Part shown: positions 19,167 to 29,522 of the stretch, in pieces
Numbering within the stretch: position 1 is the stretch's first letter
Layout: the number at the start of each line of letters is the position of its first letter
DNA from: Nitrospiraceae bacterium
Lineage (GTDB): Bacteria > Nitrospirota > Thermodesulfovibrionia > UBA6902
Reading direction: 5' to 3'
DNA length: 64,000 bases
Assembly: GCA_020356065.1 (NCBI GenBank)
Contig: CP070632.1
Location: forward strand, 700,128 to 764,127
Made by a program: the position numbers and the translations under genes
Notes under the pieces: model-generated
Told to the model about the DNA's origin: nothing
Databases searched by the model: none
The model's input: the letters and a program-made list of their open reading frames with translations, nothing else

Positions 19167-22100
19167 CTAAATTTTATTGACAGCAGTATATTCAGTGGCC
19201 TGATGCATAAAAGCCTCCAAGTGGATACCGGTACAGGTTGCTTCTGCACCATCAAATGCTGCGCTCAGGAAAGGAATTCCCCAGTCTTCTTTCACTCCTT
19301 TTAAAAGTGCACTGACAATAGTTCCTGGCATACAGCCGAAAGGCATTGCGCTGATTATGCCGGAAGCGCCTTTTTTCACATAGTCAACCGCTTTTCCCAT
19401 ACTGAGAATAGTTTCACCTTCAAAAGAGTCATCAAGATAAGGAGCGGCGTTGCGCATAATCTGACTGGTCGAGGGCTCATGAACTGTCTTGAGAAAACCT
19501 TCGAATGGAGCTGAGAACTTCCTGTCAATTCCTTTCTGAACGTGAGACGTGATTATCGTCTTCACAAAATCATTTATTACTTTTCTGGATATTATATTGT
19601 TTCTCACCCGAATCATGCATTTACGAAGACCCATCCTATTTACATAATAGACCCACTCTTCCATAGGAGCGAGCCATACTTCTCCACCAAGGTCTTCGAC
19701 CCTTCGAACAATATTTTCATTTGCAAATGCATTGAGCCTTACAAAAATCTCTCCGATTATACCGATGAGTGGTCTGTGCTCCTTGTTTCTGTGAATTCCG
19801 GCAAAAGAGGTTTTCATTTCTTTCATCCGATCCATCATGAGCCTGCTGTCCGTAACCAGTGTCTTATAGATTTCGAAAAGGTACTTCTTATAAATATCAT
19901 CGGTCTCTCCCCTGTTAACTTCATAAGGCCTCGTTTCATGAAGGCACTTTGTTAACAGGTCTGTCGCAATAATCCCCATCCAGGCCTTTCTGGTAAATTC
20001 CTTGCCAACAATTCCAAGTTCACTGTAAAATGCTCCATCTTGATTCGGAGAATAGATGGGTACCTTAGGGTATCCTATCTCATCAAGTATAAGTCTATGC
20101 AGAACATTATACTGGCCAAAACGACAGGGCCCCGTGCCGGAGGGCATGAAAAACACTGCCCTGTCAGGATCAAAATCAGGAGACATAACTTTTTTGACAA
20201 TATCACCTGTAGTGATTGCACAGGGATAGCACTCTTTTCCCGAGACGTACCTCCTGCCAAGCTTCACAGAATCTGAATCCGGCGTGTCCATTACCTCCGC
20301 ATCAAGCCCGCATGTCTTAAAGGCTGCAGCCAGTGCAAAGGCATGGTCTGACATTCTGGGAATGAACACTATCTTGTTGCTCGCGCCCTTGTTAATGGAT
20401 ATGGTCGAAAGCTTCTTAATCTCATTGACCGGTGGTTCACCTCTGTTGCTTATGCTGTCGAGAAAGGCTTCGCATCTGGTAATTACCCCGGCATCAGCAC
20501 TGTGCTCATCTATCTCTATCTGGAGATATGGTTTGTCCGGCATCGATTCCTGAAAAAACCTTTGTATAAATGAATCAGGTCCACAGGAAAAATTACCGAT
20601 GTACAGCGCATACAGCCTCGGGTTGTTCCTGATTATTTCAGCAGCCTTCAGAATGCTTTGTCCTGACCTCCAGTACATGTTGTTCCATGTCCCGGAAATA
20701 TCGACCACCTCAAGAGGAAGATAATCCATTGGTATGGAAAATACACCCAGTGATGCAAGCTTTTTAGGTATCTCAAGATTAATGCCAGGATCAAATGCAT
20801 TGTAGGACCGGCCTACGATTACAATTGACTTGTCAGGCAGATCATCAAGAACCTGTCTGCCTCGTTTCTTGATCGAACAGTTGAATTCTTTCTGGTTCTG
20901 TTCCGCTTTTTTCAGTGCTTTTTTTATGGCACTCTTAGAAATATTGAAAGGTCTGAGAGACCTGTATATTTCATCAATGAGATAGCCCTCGCCTCTTTCG
21001 AGATTTACTATGGGAACAAGAAAATGTTCTTTGCCAAAGGCAGTGCCGGCAATATAAGGCATTGTCTGGGCATAGGGACAGGCAAAACTGCGCAGGCTTT
21101 CACTGCTGGGATTAAAATTGATAAAGCTCGGCATAAAGACAGCATCAACATTTTTTTCTAGCAAGTCCTTTATATGTCCGTGAGCAACTTTATGGGGAAA
21201 ACAGCTTTCCGCCAGAATGCTCTCCAGGCCTTTACTGATTACCTGCCTGTTCGTGCTGTCGGACAGAACCACTTCAAAGCCGAGTTCCCACAATAGAGTG
21301 CTCCAGTACGGTAGGAAGTCATGGAAAAAGAATATCCTGGGAATTCCGATTCGATGTATTTTTCTACCATTTCCGTTCTTGTCGCTGGCAAACGCCATTG
21401 CATAGTCACAGTTACTCTTTGTAAGAAATGCCTCACGCTCCGCAAAGAGGTCCGGCAGTCCCAGCTCATCATTACCGTTTTTTTTGCGTTTCACATCATA
21501 CTTCTCACACCTGCTGCCATAAAAAAGAGGATGTTCCTCTCCCTCGACCTTTACTCTGTTTATTTCACATAAATTGTCGCAGCCCTTACACTCAAACGAT
21601 TTGACCGTATATTGTCTGCGGGACAGATCAAATCCCTTGAACAGGGACGGTTTTGACCCATTGTCAACCATGTACTTTTTTGCAATAATAGCCATGCCAA
21701 TCGCACCGGTAACATCATGATGAGGTGGTACAATAATATGTCTGTCAAGGTAATTTTCAAACGCGGCAACAACAGCCTTGTTAAAAGCTGTCCCACCCTG
21801 AAAAAATATTTTATCCCCGATCTTTCTGTCGCTGACGACCTTGTTAATATAGTTCTGAACAATAGAGTATGACAGTCCTGATACAAGGTCTTCCTTGGGG
21901 GCACCTCGCTGCTGCCTTGAAAGCAATGAGTTTTCCATAAATACGGTACATCGTTCCCCGAGAGAGCAGGGTTTTTTGGAATTAAAAGCAGTCGTGGCAA
22001 AATCATTTTTCACCGACATATTCAGCTTTTCCGCCTGCTCTTCCAGAAATGACCCGGTGCCTGCTGCACATGCCTTATTCATTTCAAAATCAACTATGAT

Positions 22101-23375
22101 GCCGTCCTTGATTGATATATATTTTGAGTCCTGTCCACCTATTTCAAAGATAGTGTCTACGTCGGGATCGATCTCAGCTGCAGCCCTTGCCTGAGCAGTT
22201 ATTTCATTTTTAACAATATCAGCTCCCACAAAATCGGCTATCATATATCTGCCAGAACCGGTCGTCCCGACTCCCAGTATATGCAACCTGTCCCCGATTT
22301 CCCTCCCGATCTCGTCAAGTCCCTGTCTTACCGCTTCAATCGGTCTGCCCGCGGTCATAAGATATCTTTTTGCCAGAAGCCTTCCCTCTTCATCAATAGC
22401 TGCCAGGTTTGTGCTAATCGAACCTATATCAATTCCGAGGTAAGCATTCACCTTTTCCCCTTCCGTGAGATTATGGATGTAATATGAGACCTGATGTCTC
22501 TTTTCAAACTCATCTTTATCGCTGCAGAGAGGTTTGTGCACCGAACCCTCATCCCTGAGGCCTGTGATATAGCGTTCAAGTTCTGCTATGTCAATCAGGT
22601 TTTCTTTTCCCTGCTCAATATCCTTCATCACAGCTCCAATTGCAGACATAACCGCAAAATGCTCGGGTATGATAAGATCATCAGCAGGCAGCACTTCTTT
22701 AAACCCTCTTGCTACACCCTTATTGGCAGCTACCCCTCCTACGAAACAGATCGGTGCAGGAAGTTCCATGTTCTTGCAAATACTGCCTTTGAAATTTCTG
22801 GCAACAGCAAAGCACAGTCCGGCTACAATATCTTCTACAGGTGTTGCGATCTGCTGAAGGTGTATCATGTCTGACTTGGCAAATACGCTGCAGCGTCCGG
22901 CAATGCGGGGAGGTCGTGCAGATTTAAGGGCAAGCTCACTGAATTCCTCAATGCTCAGATTAAGTCTTTCAGCCTGCTGGTCCAGAAAAGAGCCTGTACC
23001 GGCGGCACATACGGAGTTCATCGAGAATTCCTTTACAGCTCCTTCATGAAGTAGTATCAGTTTCGAATCCTCACCACCCATTTCGATAACCGTCTTAACG
23101 TGAGGATACAATTTCCTTGTAGAATAGCTTAATGCAACAACCTCATTTACAGGTATTATACCCAGTGCTTCTGCGATGAGTTTGCCGGCAGATCCTGTGA
23201 CACTCAGATAATATCCGGAAGTGATCTTCCTTAATAAATCATACGCGATTGAAAGGGGGTTGCCTTTATGACGAACATACTCAGACTTGATAACAGCCCC
23301 ATTCTGATCCATTTCTGCAAATTTGACACTCACTGATCCTGCATCAATGCCTATAAATCTTTTCATACTACGCAA
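19167..23375 (-). CDS. 1402-aa fusion: two BadF/BadG/BcrA/BcrD-type (HgdC-like) acyl-CoA dehydratase activase ATPase domains + C-terminal 2-hydroxyacyl-CoA dehydratase-like (DUF2229-type) domain
   Basis: The N-terminus MKRFIGIDAGSVSVKFA… and a second GIDIGSISTNLAAI… repeat are acetate/sugar-kinase-fold activase domains with the conserved CAAGTGSF cluster motif. The C-terminal ~700 aa resemble HgdA/B-type dehydratase subunits. Confidence 0.8.
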   Translation of the reverse strand: MRSMKRFIGIDAGSVSVKFAEMDQNGAVIKSEYVRHKGNPLSIAYDLLRKITSGYYLSVTGSAGKLIAEALGIIPVNEVVALSYSTRKLYPHVKTVIEMGGEDSKLILLHEGAVKEFSMNSVCAAGTGSFLDQQAERLNLSIEEFSELALKSARPPRIAGRCSVFAKSDMIHLQQIATPVEDIVAGLCFAVARNFKGSICKNMELPAPICFVGGVAANKGVARGFKEVLPADDLIIPEHFAVMSAIGAVMKDIEQGKENLIDIAELERYITGLRDEGSVHKPLCSDKDEFEKRHQVSYYIHNLTEGEKVNAYLGIDIGSISTNLAAIDEEGRLLAKRYLMTAGRPIEAVRQGLDEIGREIGDRLHILGVGTTGSGRYMIADFVGADIVKNEITAQARAAAEIDPDVDTIFEIGGQDSKYISIKDGIIVDFEMNKACAAGTGSFLEEQAEKLNMSVKNDFATTAFNSKKPCSLGERCTVFMENSLLSRQQRGAPKEDLVSGLSYSIVQNYINKVVSDRKIGDKIFFQGGTAFNKAVVAAFENYLDRHIIVPPHHDVTGAIGMAIIAKKYMVDNGSKPSLFKGFDLSRRQYTVKSFECKGCDNLCEINRVKVEGEEHPLFYGSRCEKYDVKRKKNGNDELGLPDLFAEREAFLTKSNCDYAMAFASDKNGNGRKIHRIGIPRIFFFHDFLPYWSTLLWELGFEVVLSDSTNRQVISKGLESILAESCFPHKVAHGHIKDLLEKNVDAVFMPSFINFNPSSESLRSFACPYAQTMPYIAGTAFGKEHFLVPIVNLERGEGYLIDEIYRSLRPFNISKSAIKKALKKAEQNQKEFNCSIKKRGRQVLDDLPDKSIVIVGRSYNAFDPGINLEIPKKLASLGVFSIPMDYLPLEVVDISGTWNNMYWRSGQSILKAAEIIRNNPRLYALYIGNFSCGPDSFIQRFFQESMPDKPYLQIEIDEHSADAGVITRCEAFLDSISNRGEPPVNEIKKLSTISINKGASNKIVFIPRMSDHAFALAAAFKTCGLDAEVMDTPDSDSVKLGRRYVSGKECYPCAITTGDIVKKVMSPDFDPDRAVFFMPSGTGPCRFGQYNVLHRLILDEIGYPKVPIYSPNQDGAFYSELGIVGKEFTRKAWMGIIATDLLTKCLHETRPYEVNRGETDDIYKKYLFEIYKTLVTDSRLMMDRMKEMKTSFAGIHRNKEHRPLIGIIGEIFVRLNAFANENIVRRVEDLGGEVWLAPMEEWVYYVNRMGLRKCMIRVRNNIISRKVINDFVKTIITSHVQKGIDRKFSAPFEGFLKTVHEPSTSQIMRNAAPYLDDSFEGETILSMGKAVDYVKKGASGIISAMPFGCMPGTIVSALLKGVKEDWGIPFLSAAFDGAEATCTGIHLEAFMHQATEYTAVNKI

Positions 23376-23376
23376 C

Positions 23377-23682
23377 CTACTTTCTTAAAGATTTATGCAG
23401 CCTTCTTTCGAGAGAAGCTATCTTTCCCTCCATTCTGTTCTGCATGCCTTTTCTGTCATCAATGGTGATCGAGGTTAATACCCTGTCACTGCCTGTGACC
23501 GTTTCATAGTGACACGTTCTGATAAGTTCCATGACTTCATCCCACGAGCCTTCGACCACCGTACCCATGGGATTCAGTTTATAGGGCAGACCGCTATTGT
23601 CTATTATCTGCAGTACCCTTGCAACTTCACTTCCCACACTTGCCCCCTTATCCAGAGGGACGATACTGAATTGAGCAAGCAT
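23377..23682 (-). CDS. MTH1187/YkoF-family (UPF0045) thiamine-binding-like protein
   Basis: SIVPLDKG…SEVARVLQIIDNSGLPYKLNPMGTVVEGSWDEVMELI is characteristic. Its stop lies 2 nt before the activase fusion start on the same strand. Confidence 0.75.
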   Translation of the reverse strand: MLAQFSIVPLDKGASVGSEVARVLQIIDNSGLPYKLNPMGTVVEGSWDEVMELIRTCHYETVTGSDRVLTSITIDDRKGMQNRMEGKIASLERRLHKSLRK

Positions 23683-23980
23683 TATACTATTCCCTCTGCT
23701 TTTTTTCTATTAAATTGTTCAACAGGTGTATAACAATTGAAAAAATTGATTTGAGATTAAGCAACATTGTAACTAAACCCTGACAGGGATCACAGATTTT
23801 CTTCCCGTTTCACCATTGTCATTGTTAATGATTTAACGAATATGTTTACTTCCTTAAGCCTTTTGCGAGATAAAACCTGCGGGCAAAAATAATGCCTGCA
23901 GATATGTTAATCGTTTGAATAGAAGTCCACCCATTACGATTACAGATATATCATAAATCAACAGGTAATTCAATATAAAT

Positions 23981-26068
23981 CTACGCTTCCTTTTTCTCTT
24001 CATTCTTTTCAGCAATCAACTGCTGTGCGACATGGGCCGGTACTTCTTCGTAGTGTGAAGGCTCCATTGTATACACTCCCTGTCCGCTCGTCAGAGAGTT
24101 AAGCTGGTTTGCATATGTCAGCATTTCAGCCATGGGAACGAGCGCTGCGACCTTCTGTTCTCCGCTTGAAAGGGAATCAACCCCCTGCACCTTTCCACGT
24201 TTTGAGTTGAGATCTCCTATAACGTTTCCGAGAAATTCTTCCGGAGTGCTCACTTCCACCTTGACAATTGGTTCAAGGATCGTCGCCTTTGCCTCAGGGG
24301 CAGCTTTCTGTAAGGCCATTGAGCCGGCTATCTTGAATGCCATTTCAGATGAATCTACTGAATGATATGATCCGTCATAAAGAGAGACCTTTATGTCCAC
24401 TACAGGATATCCTGCAAGCAACCCGTCTTTCATTTTTTCGACTATTCCCTTTTCGACAGCAGGTATGTACTGTCTTGGTATGGCACCGCCTACGATCTGG
24501 TTTTCGAATTCAAAACCTCCTCCTCTCGGGAGGGGTTCTATCTTAATCCAGCAGTCCCCGAACTGTCCCCTTCCGCCCGATTGCTTTTTATACCTTCCCT
24601 GAGCACTGGCGGCTTTTTTTATTGTTTCCCTGTAAGGAATCTGGGGGGATTTCATATTTACTTCAACGCCGAATTTCCTCTTGAGCTTCTCTAGGGTGAT
24701 TTCGATATGCATCTGTCCTGTACCGCCAAGTATCATTTCAGCAGACTCTTCGTCCCTGTGGAATTTCAGTGCAGGGTCCTCCTCCAGCAGCCTGTTAAGG
24801 CCGGTTCCGACTTTTTCTTCATCGCCCCTTGATTTGGGCTCGATTGCATACGATATCATGGGATCAGCTGTCCTGAACGTTTCAAAGAGCACGGGATGTG
24901 CAGGATCAGCCATGGAGTCTCCTGTCTGGGCCTCTTTGAGTTTTGCTACGGCAGCGATTTCACCCGGCCCCACCTCCTTGACCGGAACCTGTTTTTTACC
25001 AATAAGATAGAACATGTTGCCCATCTTTTCTTTTCTGTCCTTTGTTGTATTGATTAATGCTGAATCAGACTTCAGTATTCCCGAATACACCCTGAAAATG
25101 TTGAGCTTGCCGGCAAACGGATCTGCAATTGTTTTAAAAACCTTCAACGAAACAGGCTGGTCTGCGGCAGGTTTTATTTCCACATCTTGATCAGTTTTTG
25201 TGTCTCTGGCCATTACCGGCGACTGGCTGGCCCTATCTACAGGCGATGAAAGACAGGTAAGTATTGTGTCCAGCAAAGGCTGGACACCGATGTTGGCTAT
25301 GGCAGAACCACACAAAACAGGGATGATAGCTCCGGAAAGAGTGCCTTTCTTTATTCCCTTTTTTATTTCATCTTCTGTAGGGTCTGTTCCTTCCAAGTAT
25401 TTTTCCAGCATGTCATCATCTGATTCTGCGACCTTTTCAATCAGCTGTTTACGGCTTTCATCAGCGAATGCCTTATACTCATCGGGTATGTCACCTTCGA
25501 CAGGCATTCCTTCCTTGAACGTGACTGCCTTCATTTTAAGCAGGTCTATAACGCCGGAGAACGCAGGCCCTTCGCCCATTGGGACCGTTATGGGAACAAG
25601 CGATACTCCATAGGATTTTTCAACGCCCTCCACCGCTGTCTGAAAACTGGCATTTTCTTTATCCATTTTATTGATGAATACTATTCTCGGCAATGAATAC
25701 TCGTTTGCATATTGCCAGACCTTGCCTGTTTCAGCTTTTACCCCTACCCGTGCGCCGACTACAACAACCGCTCCGTCAACCGCGCTCAGGCAGCACTTTG
25801 TATCCTCCAGAAAATTAATAAACCCCGGGGTGTCAACAAGATTTATCCGATGTCCTTTCCAGTCACAATAAGCGGGGGATGATGAAATTGACATTTTCCT
25901 GTTTATTTCTTCAGGTTCAAAGTCAGTGGTAGTGTTTTCAGTTTCCACGCTGCCCATTCGCTCGATTGCCTTCGTGTCAAACAATACAGCCTCAACCAGC
26001 GAGGTCTTTCCGGCGCCACCTCCGGCAATTACTGCGATATTTCTGATCTTTCCTACATCGATACCCAT
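23981..26068 (-). CDS. elongation factor G paralogue (EF-G-like translational GTPase with a non-canonical P-loop)
   Basis: It has the full five-domain EF-G architecture (G domain, II, III, IV, V). The G1 motif reads AGGGAGKT where canonical EF-G has AHIDAGKT. Confidence 0.85.
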   Translation of the reverse strand: MGIDVGKIRNIAVIAGGGAGKTSLVEAVLFDTKAIERMGSVETENTTTDFEPEEINRKMSISSSPAYCDWKGHRINLVDTPGFINFLEDTKCCLSAVDGAVVVVGARVGVKAETGKVWQYANEYSLPRIVFINKMDKENASFQTAVEGVEKSYGVSLVPITVPMGEGPAFSGVIDLLKMKAVTFKEGMPVEGDIPDEYKAFADESRKQLIEKVAESDDDMLEKYLEGTDPTEDEIKKGIKKGTLSGAIIPVLCGSAIANIGVQPLLDTILTCLSSPVDRASQSPVMARDTKTDQDVEIKPAADQPVSLKVFKTIADPFAGKLNIFRVYSGILKSDSALINTTKDRKEKMGNMFYLIGKKQVPVKEVGPGEIAAVAKLKEAQTGDSMADPAHPVLFETFRTADPMISYAIEPKSRGDEEKVGTGLNRLLEEDPALKFHRDEESAEMILGGTGQMHIEITLEKLKRKFGVEVNMKSPQIPYRETIKKAASAQGRYKKQSGGRGQFGDCWIKIEPLPRGGGFEFENQIVGGAIPRQYIPAVEKGIVEKMKDGLLAGYPVVDIKVSLYDGSYHSVDSSEMAFKIAGSMALQKAAPEAKATILEPIVKVEVSTPEEFLGNVIGDLNSKRGKVQGVDSLSSGEQKVAALVPMAEMLTYANQLNSLTSGQGVYTMEPSHYEEVPAHVAQQLIAEKNEEKKEA

Positions 26069-26186
26069 CAGTTATCCTCCTCTGGAAATTTAATGTATAA
26101 CATTAAAACATGAAGTAATATTCTCCAATAAATTGCAAAAACAATTTTACCGTGTTACGTAATAACTGTATTATTCAGGTTACCGG

Positions 26187-26618
26187 TCAACTGACTATTT
26201 CACCAATATAAGGCCTGTATTCTGCTTTGGATTCAAGTCTTCCTGACCAGATCTTTACAGCTATTAGTGATGCGATGAGTGATGCAAAACCAAATATGGC
26301 TGCAAACATGTCCGAGTTTGTATCTGCGAAATATGCCTCACCGATATTCTTTCCGACGATTGCTCCTGCTATAAAAAGTACAAGGGGTAATCCATACACA
26401 ATCATGGACCCCTTAAGATATGTCTCTGCCTGAAGCAGGACTTTTACCGTCTGACCTTCCCTGGCATGCACAGGATTAAGGGCTTCTATTTCCATTCCTT
26501 CTGAAGTTGACTCGCAGGCCCCCCTGGCAGTACAGCCTTCACAGGCCCCTCTCTTCTGAACAGCAACCCTTGCTGTATCTCCCTCTGTTTTTACTACAAC
26601 ACCGATTTCTTCAATCAT
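26187..26618 (-). CDS. RseC/MucC-family (SoxR-reducing system) membrane protein
   Basis: It has an N-terminal cysteine cluster (CEGCTARGAC) and two C-terminal TM helices, with the family length and organisation. Confidence 0.65.
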   Translation of the reverse strand: MIEEIGVVVKTEGDTARVAVQKRGACEGCTARGACESTSEGMEIEALNPVHAREGQTVKVLLQAETYLKGSMIVYGLPLVLFIAGAIVGKNIGEAYFADTNSDMFAAIFGFASLIASLIAVKIWSGRLESKAEYRPYIGEIVS

Positions 26619-26687
26619 GAATCATTGTTCAAAGTTACAGGTTAATTGTTACTCGATTAACCTAGTATTATTAACGTTTAACTACCT

Positions 26688-28250
26688 TTATCCTCTCAAA
26701 AGCTTATATTCAATACTGTCCACAAGGGCCTGCCATGATGCTTCAATTATATTTTCCGAAACGCCGACAGTACCCCATTTATATTTTCCATCACCTGATT
26801 CAATGAGCACCCTTACTTTTGAGGACGTGCCCTCACCCGCAGTCAGTACCCGTACTTTATAGTCGATAAGCGATACCTGTTTTAATTGAGGATAGAATTT
26901 TTCAAGGGCTTTCCTTAAGGCATTATCGAGAGCATTGACCGGACCATTGCCGTTGGAGGCTGTATGTTCCAGTTTGTCCTTGACTTTCAGCATGATTGTT
27001 GCTTCACTGATTGGAGTCGCACCTTCCTGTCTCTTTGAGTCAATAACCCTGAAGCCGATCAGGTCAAAGAATTTTCTATGCATGCCGAAACTCTTCTTGA
27101 TCAACAGCTCAAGTGAGGCCTCTGCCCCCTCATACTGGAATCCCTGGTTTTCCAGCTCCTTGAGCTGTTTAACTATATCTATGACATTTGGTGAATCAGG
27201 GTCCACCTTAAGATTAAAGTCTTTGATCTTGCGTATAATGTTACTCTTTCCGCTTAAGTCCGATACAAGGACCCTTTGATAATTACCAACAAGTTCAGGT
27301 CTTATATGCTCATATGTTTCCGGGTGTTTGAGAATCGCGCTTACATGAACTCCACCCTTATGAGCAAAAGCACTGTCTCCAATGAACGGCTGTCTTTTTA
27401 AGGGACGCATGTTTGCAATTTCACTGACAAACCTGGAAACTTCCTTAAGTTTCCTTAATTTACTTGATGTTATACAACTTTTATTAAGCTTTAACATAAG
27501 GTTTGGAATTATTGACACGAGGTTGGCATTTCCGCATCTTTCACCGATACCATTTATTGTCCCCTGAACATGTGAAGCTCCTGCCTGGACAGCCATTATT
27601 GAATTCGCAACCCCGCATTCTGCATCATTATGGGCATGAATTCCAACAGGTGTTTTAAAAGCTTCAATCACTTTCTTAACAATACGTGAGACCTCATCAG
27701 GCATGGTTCCTCCGTTTGTATCGCACAGAACCAGACAGTAAGCCCCGGCAGAAACAGCAGATTCAAGTGTCTTCATCGCATATTCCGGGTTAGCCTTATA
27801 TCCGTCAAAGAAATGCTCCGCGTCAAAAATGACCCGCGTGACTTTTTTATTCAGATATGCAACAGTGTTATAAATAAGATCAAGGTTCATCTGAAGAGAC
27901 ACTCTCAGCGCCTCTCTTGCATGAAAGTCCCATGTCTTGCCGAAAATTGTGATGACATCTGTCTTAGCTGCAAGAAGCTCTTTAATTCCCGGGTCCTGGT
28001 GGACTTTTTTTGATGCTCTGTGTGTTGAACCGAAGGCGGTAAGTATCGCATTCCTTAATTTGAGAGTTGCCGCTTTTCTGAAAAATTCTGCATCTCTCGG
28101 ATTGGAGCCCGGCCATCCGCCCTCTATATAATTTATGCCGAACTCATCCAGTCTCTGGAGTATACGCAACTTGTCTTCAACAGAAAAGGAAATGTCCTCA
28201 GACTGTGCCCCGTCTCTTAACGTTGTGTCGTATATCTCTATTTTTTTCAT
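26688..28250 (-). CDS. cimA: (R)-citramalate synthase / 2-isopropylmalate synthase family
   Basis: It has the HMGL-like TIM barrel ([12 protein letters not shown]…) and a C-terminal LeuA-dimer domain. Length of 520 aa fits CimA. Confidence 0.8.
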   Translation of the reverse strand: MKKIEIYDTTLRDGAQSEDISFSVEDKLRILQRLDEFGINYIEGGWPGSNPRDAEFFRKAATLKLRNAILTAFGSTHRASKKVHQDPGIKELLAAKTDVITIFGKTWDFHAREALRVSLQMNLDLIYNTVAYLNKKVTRVIFDAEHFFDGYKANPEYAMKTLESAVSAGAYCLVLCDTNGGTMPDEVSRIVKKVIEAFKTPVGIHAHNDAECGVANSIMAVQAGASHVQGTINGIGERCGNANLVSIIPNLMLKLNKSCITSSKLRKLKEVSRFVSEIANMRPLKRQPFIGDSAFAHKGGVHVSAILKHPETYEHIRPELVGNYQRVLVSDLSGKSNIIRKIKDFNLKVDPDSPNVIDIVKQLKELENQGFQYEGAEASLELLIKKSFGMHRKFFDLIGFRVIDSKRQEGATPISEATIMLKVKDKLEHTASNGNGPVNALDNALRKALEKFYPQLKQVSLIDYKVRVLTAGEGTSSKVRVLIESGDGKYKWGTVGVSENIIEASWQALVDSIEYKLLRG

Positions 28251-28259
28251 AGTTTTGCT

Positions 28260-29480
28260 TTAGTTCGATGCACGTATAAAGAAATCGTGCAGGACTTTAA
28301 CAGCCTTTTCAGTCTCATGGTCATCCACTACACAAGATATTTTTATCTCAGATGTACTTATCATCATGATATTAATGTTGTTTTTTGCGAGCACATCAAA
28401 CATCTCAGCCGCAACTCCGAAGTGTGACTGCATTCCTACTCCAACAATTGAAACCTTGGCAACGTGCGTATTCATGTTTACACCCGTGGTGCCCATTTCA
28501 TCAGAGACCTTCTGAATAATATCAAATGCCTTTTTTCCATCTGCCCGGGAAACGGTAAAGGATATGTCTGTTGCATGGTCAACATTACTGATATTCTGAA
28601 CTATCATGTCAACATTAATATTTGCATCTGATATGGCTTTAAAAATAGCAGCAGCTATGCCGGGCCTGTCGGGCACTCCCATAATTGTTATTCGTGCCTG
28701 GTTCTTATCATGAGTAACTCCTGTAACAACTAACTTTTCCATGTCTTCATCCTCCTTTGTGACAAGCGTCCCCGGCGCCTGGTTAAAGCTTGAGCGAACG
28801 ACCAGAGGTACATTATACTTTTTCGCAAATTCAACGGACCGGCCATGAAGTACCTTGGCTCCCAGACTTGCCATCTCAAGCATCTCATCATATGATACCC
28901 TGTCCATTTTTCTGGCATCCGGTACAATTCTTGGATCTGCAGTATAGACACCCTCTACGTCGGTGTATATCTCACAAGCATCAGCTTTTAAGGCAGCTGC
29001 AATGGCAACTGCTGTCGTGTCTGACCCGCCCCTTCCGAGAGTTGTCACATCCTGAAACTCATTTATTCCCTGAAAACCTGCAACGACCGGGATCTTTCCC
29101 ATATCGAGGGCTGTCCTGAGTCTGCTTGCTTCAATTTCCTCGATCATGGCTTTGGTATGAGAGCTGTCAGTGATTATACCTACCTGTCTGCCGGTAAAAC
29201 TCATGGAAGTATATCCAAGCTGCTGGATTGCCATTGCCATCAGCGCACTGGTTACTCTCTCCCCTGACGAAAGAAGCAGGTCCATTTCTCTTTCATCAGG
29301 TCTGTCTGTGATGTCATGTGCAAAGCCAATAAACTTGTCTGTTTCGCCTGCCATGGCAGATACAACAACGATGACCTGATTGCCCTCTCTGGCAATTGAC
29401 ACTGCCCGCTCTGCCACTGATTTAATTCTTTCCGTACTGGCGACTGAGGTACCGCCGTATTTCTGGACAATTAAAGCCAA
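28260..29480 (-). CDS. lysC: aspartate kinase (monofunctional, two ACT domains)
   Basis: [20 protein letters not shown]…[12 protein letters not shown]… and C-terminal tandem ACT domains. Confidence 0.9.
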   Translation of the reverse strand: MALIVQKYGGTSVASTERIKSVAERAVSIAREGNQVIVVVSAMAGETDKFIGFAHDITDRPDEREMDLLLSSGERVTSALMAMAIQQLGYTSMSFTGRQVGIITDSSHTKAMIEEIEASRLRTALDMGKIPVVAGFQGINEFQDVTTLGRGGSDTTAVAIAAALKADACEIYTDVEGVYTADPRIVPDARKMDRVSYDEMLEMASLGAKVLHGRSVEFAKKYNVPLVVRSSFNQAPGTLVTKEDEDMEKLVVTGVTHDKNQARITIMGVPDRPGIAAAIFKAISDANINVDMIVQNISNVDHATDISFTVSRADGKKAFDIIQKVSDEMGTTGVNMNTHVAKVSIVGVGMQSHFGVAAEMFDVLAKNNINIMMISTSEIKISCVVDDHETEKAVKVLHDFFIRASN

Positions 29481-29522
29481 TTCAGATACACCTCAATACG
29501 AGATTGATAACAAGAATATATA

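Noticed and set aside
23683-23980. TPP (THI-box) riboswitch upstream of the MTH1187/YkoF-like gene
   Set aside because: I looked for the conserved CUGAGA and ACCUGAUCUGGAUAAUGCCAGCG-type elements on the minus strand and did not find them.
24132-25871. Multiple 66-137-aa plus-strand ORFs inside the EF-G paralogue (and similar ones inside the activase fusion, RND pump, cimA, lysC)
   Set aside because: They are antisense to strongly supported long genes and lack independent evidence.
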